Source: Eledone cirrhosa (lineage: Eukaryota). From it: a stretch of 64,000 nt of DNA. The notes under the pieces are model-generated. The model ran no database searches. It was not told the DNA's origin and saw only the letters and a list, made by a program, of their open reading frames with translations. Below are positions 62,408 to 64,000 of the stretch, piece after piece. A program made the translations under genes and the position numbers. How positions within the stretch are numbered: position 1 is the stretch's first letter; each line of letters begins with the position of its first letter. The stretch is taken from the NCBI GenBank assembly GCA_964016885.1, contig OZ024740.1, positions 56,172,001 through 56,236,000 on the forward strand, read 5' to 3'.

Positions 62408-62892
62408 GATTGGTGCTCTGAAATAGCGATGTATACATGAATGTATGTATAGTATATTTGGTAATATACCGTATGTTCAATTAAAAACATTTTGAAGACC
62501 TTGCACTATCATTTTAAAGTGACTATACGAAAAATATATTTTAGGGTCTGTTTTTCTTTTTTTTTTTTCTTTGATCCGTCAAAGTGACATTATTGAAAAT
62601 ATGACATTATTGAAGAAATGAGAGGGACAATTCTTATTTAAATGAGTTTTATAATGTATATAAAGTATTACCGGTTTCGATGTATTATTAAAATTCATCT
62701 TATCAAATGTTGAGTATTACAATTAAAAATAATTAATAGGAATTAAAAACTAAAAATTAAAGATTTAAAATAAAGTGCTGGAGTAAGTTTTTTTTTCCCA
62801 TCTTCCATGCTCAGAAGTGGACTGGGGAATGAATTCTTGTTTATAGAGAGAAAAGTGTATAGTCATAATAGTTGCCGCAGATATTACTTTTT

Positions 62893-63385
62893 AAAAAGTG
62901 GCTCACGAAGGCTTTTTTAAATAAATCAAATTACATTTATTAAAAAAAAAAAGCCTTCGTGAGCCACTTTTAGTAAAAAGAAATTCAAACAAACTCACGC
63001 GAAAGCTGATGTGATTATTCACGTGACTGCATCAACCAACCAAACGTCACTCATATATGAAAAAACAACCAACCATATTCACTGAACCAGAACAATTCCC
63101 CCCATCCCACATTTCTCTTGACAATTATCTTTTGTTTGTCATAATATTCTCTAAAAGGCTACAAAATAAATTCCCAAATACGGGCGCGAAATTTAATGAA
63201 CTTGTTCACGTGACAACCATTTATAACCAATCAAATTACATTTATAAGAAAAGAAAAAAAAAAGCCTTCGTGAGCCCCTTTTTTAAGTAAAAAGAAATTC
63301 AAACAAACTGGCGCGAAAGCTGATGTGCTTATTCACGTGACTGCATCAATCAACCAAACTTCACTCGTATATGAAAAAACAACCT
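62893..63385. repeat. ~310 bp-period tandem duplication with an inverted copy of AAAGCCTTCGTGAGCCACTTTT
   Basis: ~62925-63070 is repeated at ~63229-63385; inverted motif at 62894-62918. Confidence 0.7.
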
Positions 63386-63685
63386 GAGCCCCCCCCCCCC
63401 CTTGTTTGAAGAACTTTGTGACGCGAACTGACGCGAAATTTATTATAATTATTGACCAACCAATCAAATTACTTCTCTAAAAACCAGGCGTTTCGAGCCA
63501 CATTTTTCCATATAAAACAAGTAACATTCTAAGACCAACCAAATGTGAGAAAAACCACAGACCCTCCATCTCAACTCTACTTTTGAAAAGCAGAAGAACT
63601 GCGAAACCGGTAAAGGGACCAAATAAATATATATATATTTTTTTTAAATAAGACTCCAGTTGCATTTTCGATTTCATCTTGTTTT

Positions 63686-63747
<62 letters not shown>

Positions 63748-63854
63748 TATATATATATATGTGTGTGTTTGTGTGTGTGTATGTATGTATATATGTATAT
63801 CATGAACCTTATGTAACTATGTAAATTGTCTACTGTGTTTTGTTCGTTCATTTC

Positions 63855-63953
<99 letters not shown>

Positions 63954-64000
63954 AAACATTTATTTATAATATATATATATATGTATCTGTATCTGTGCAT

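Overview
Eukaryotic, AT-rich, microsatellite-saturated DNA that is almost entirely transposon-derived. The SINE and microsatellite landscape suggests an invertebrate, probably an octopus or other cephalopod (inference). (1) Two young Tx1/L1-clade LINEs with intact ORF2s sit head-to-tail, joined through a (TTA)n tail. (2) Penelope-like (PLE) material is abundant: a decayed RT+GIY-YIG element, a ~4 kb palindrome built from a GIY-YIG/pLTR fragment, and six distinct type-I hammerhead ribozyme (HHR) sequences. It also includes a 457-nt non-coding retrozyme-like unit whose sense part starts 2 nt from its predicted self-cleavage site, and a family of half-hammerheads that all break at the same hairpin apex. 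(3) A (CATA)n/(TATG)n-centred retroelement guild is present: an R4/Dong-clade RLE LINE with all four copies embedded in (CATA)n, interleaved in opposite orientation with nine copies of an internally deleted RTE derivative that makes and targets (TATG)n. (4) The rest comprises a (TAA)n-embedded Dong-like LINE splitting an RTE, old RTE fragments, tRNA-derived SINEs, hAT and TA-TSD MITEs, a non-autonomous Helitron, and at most one or two candidate host exons. All calls come from reading the sequence by eye; no searches or folding programs were run, and boundaries of decayed elements are approximate.
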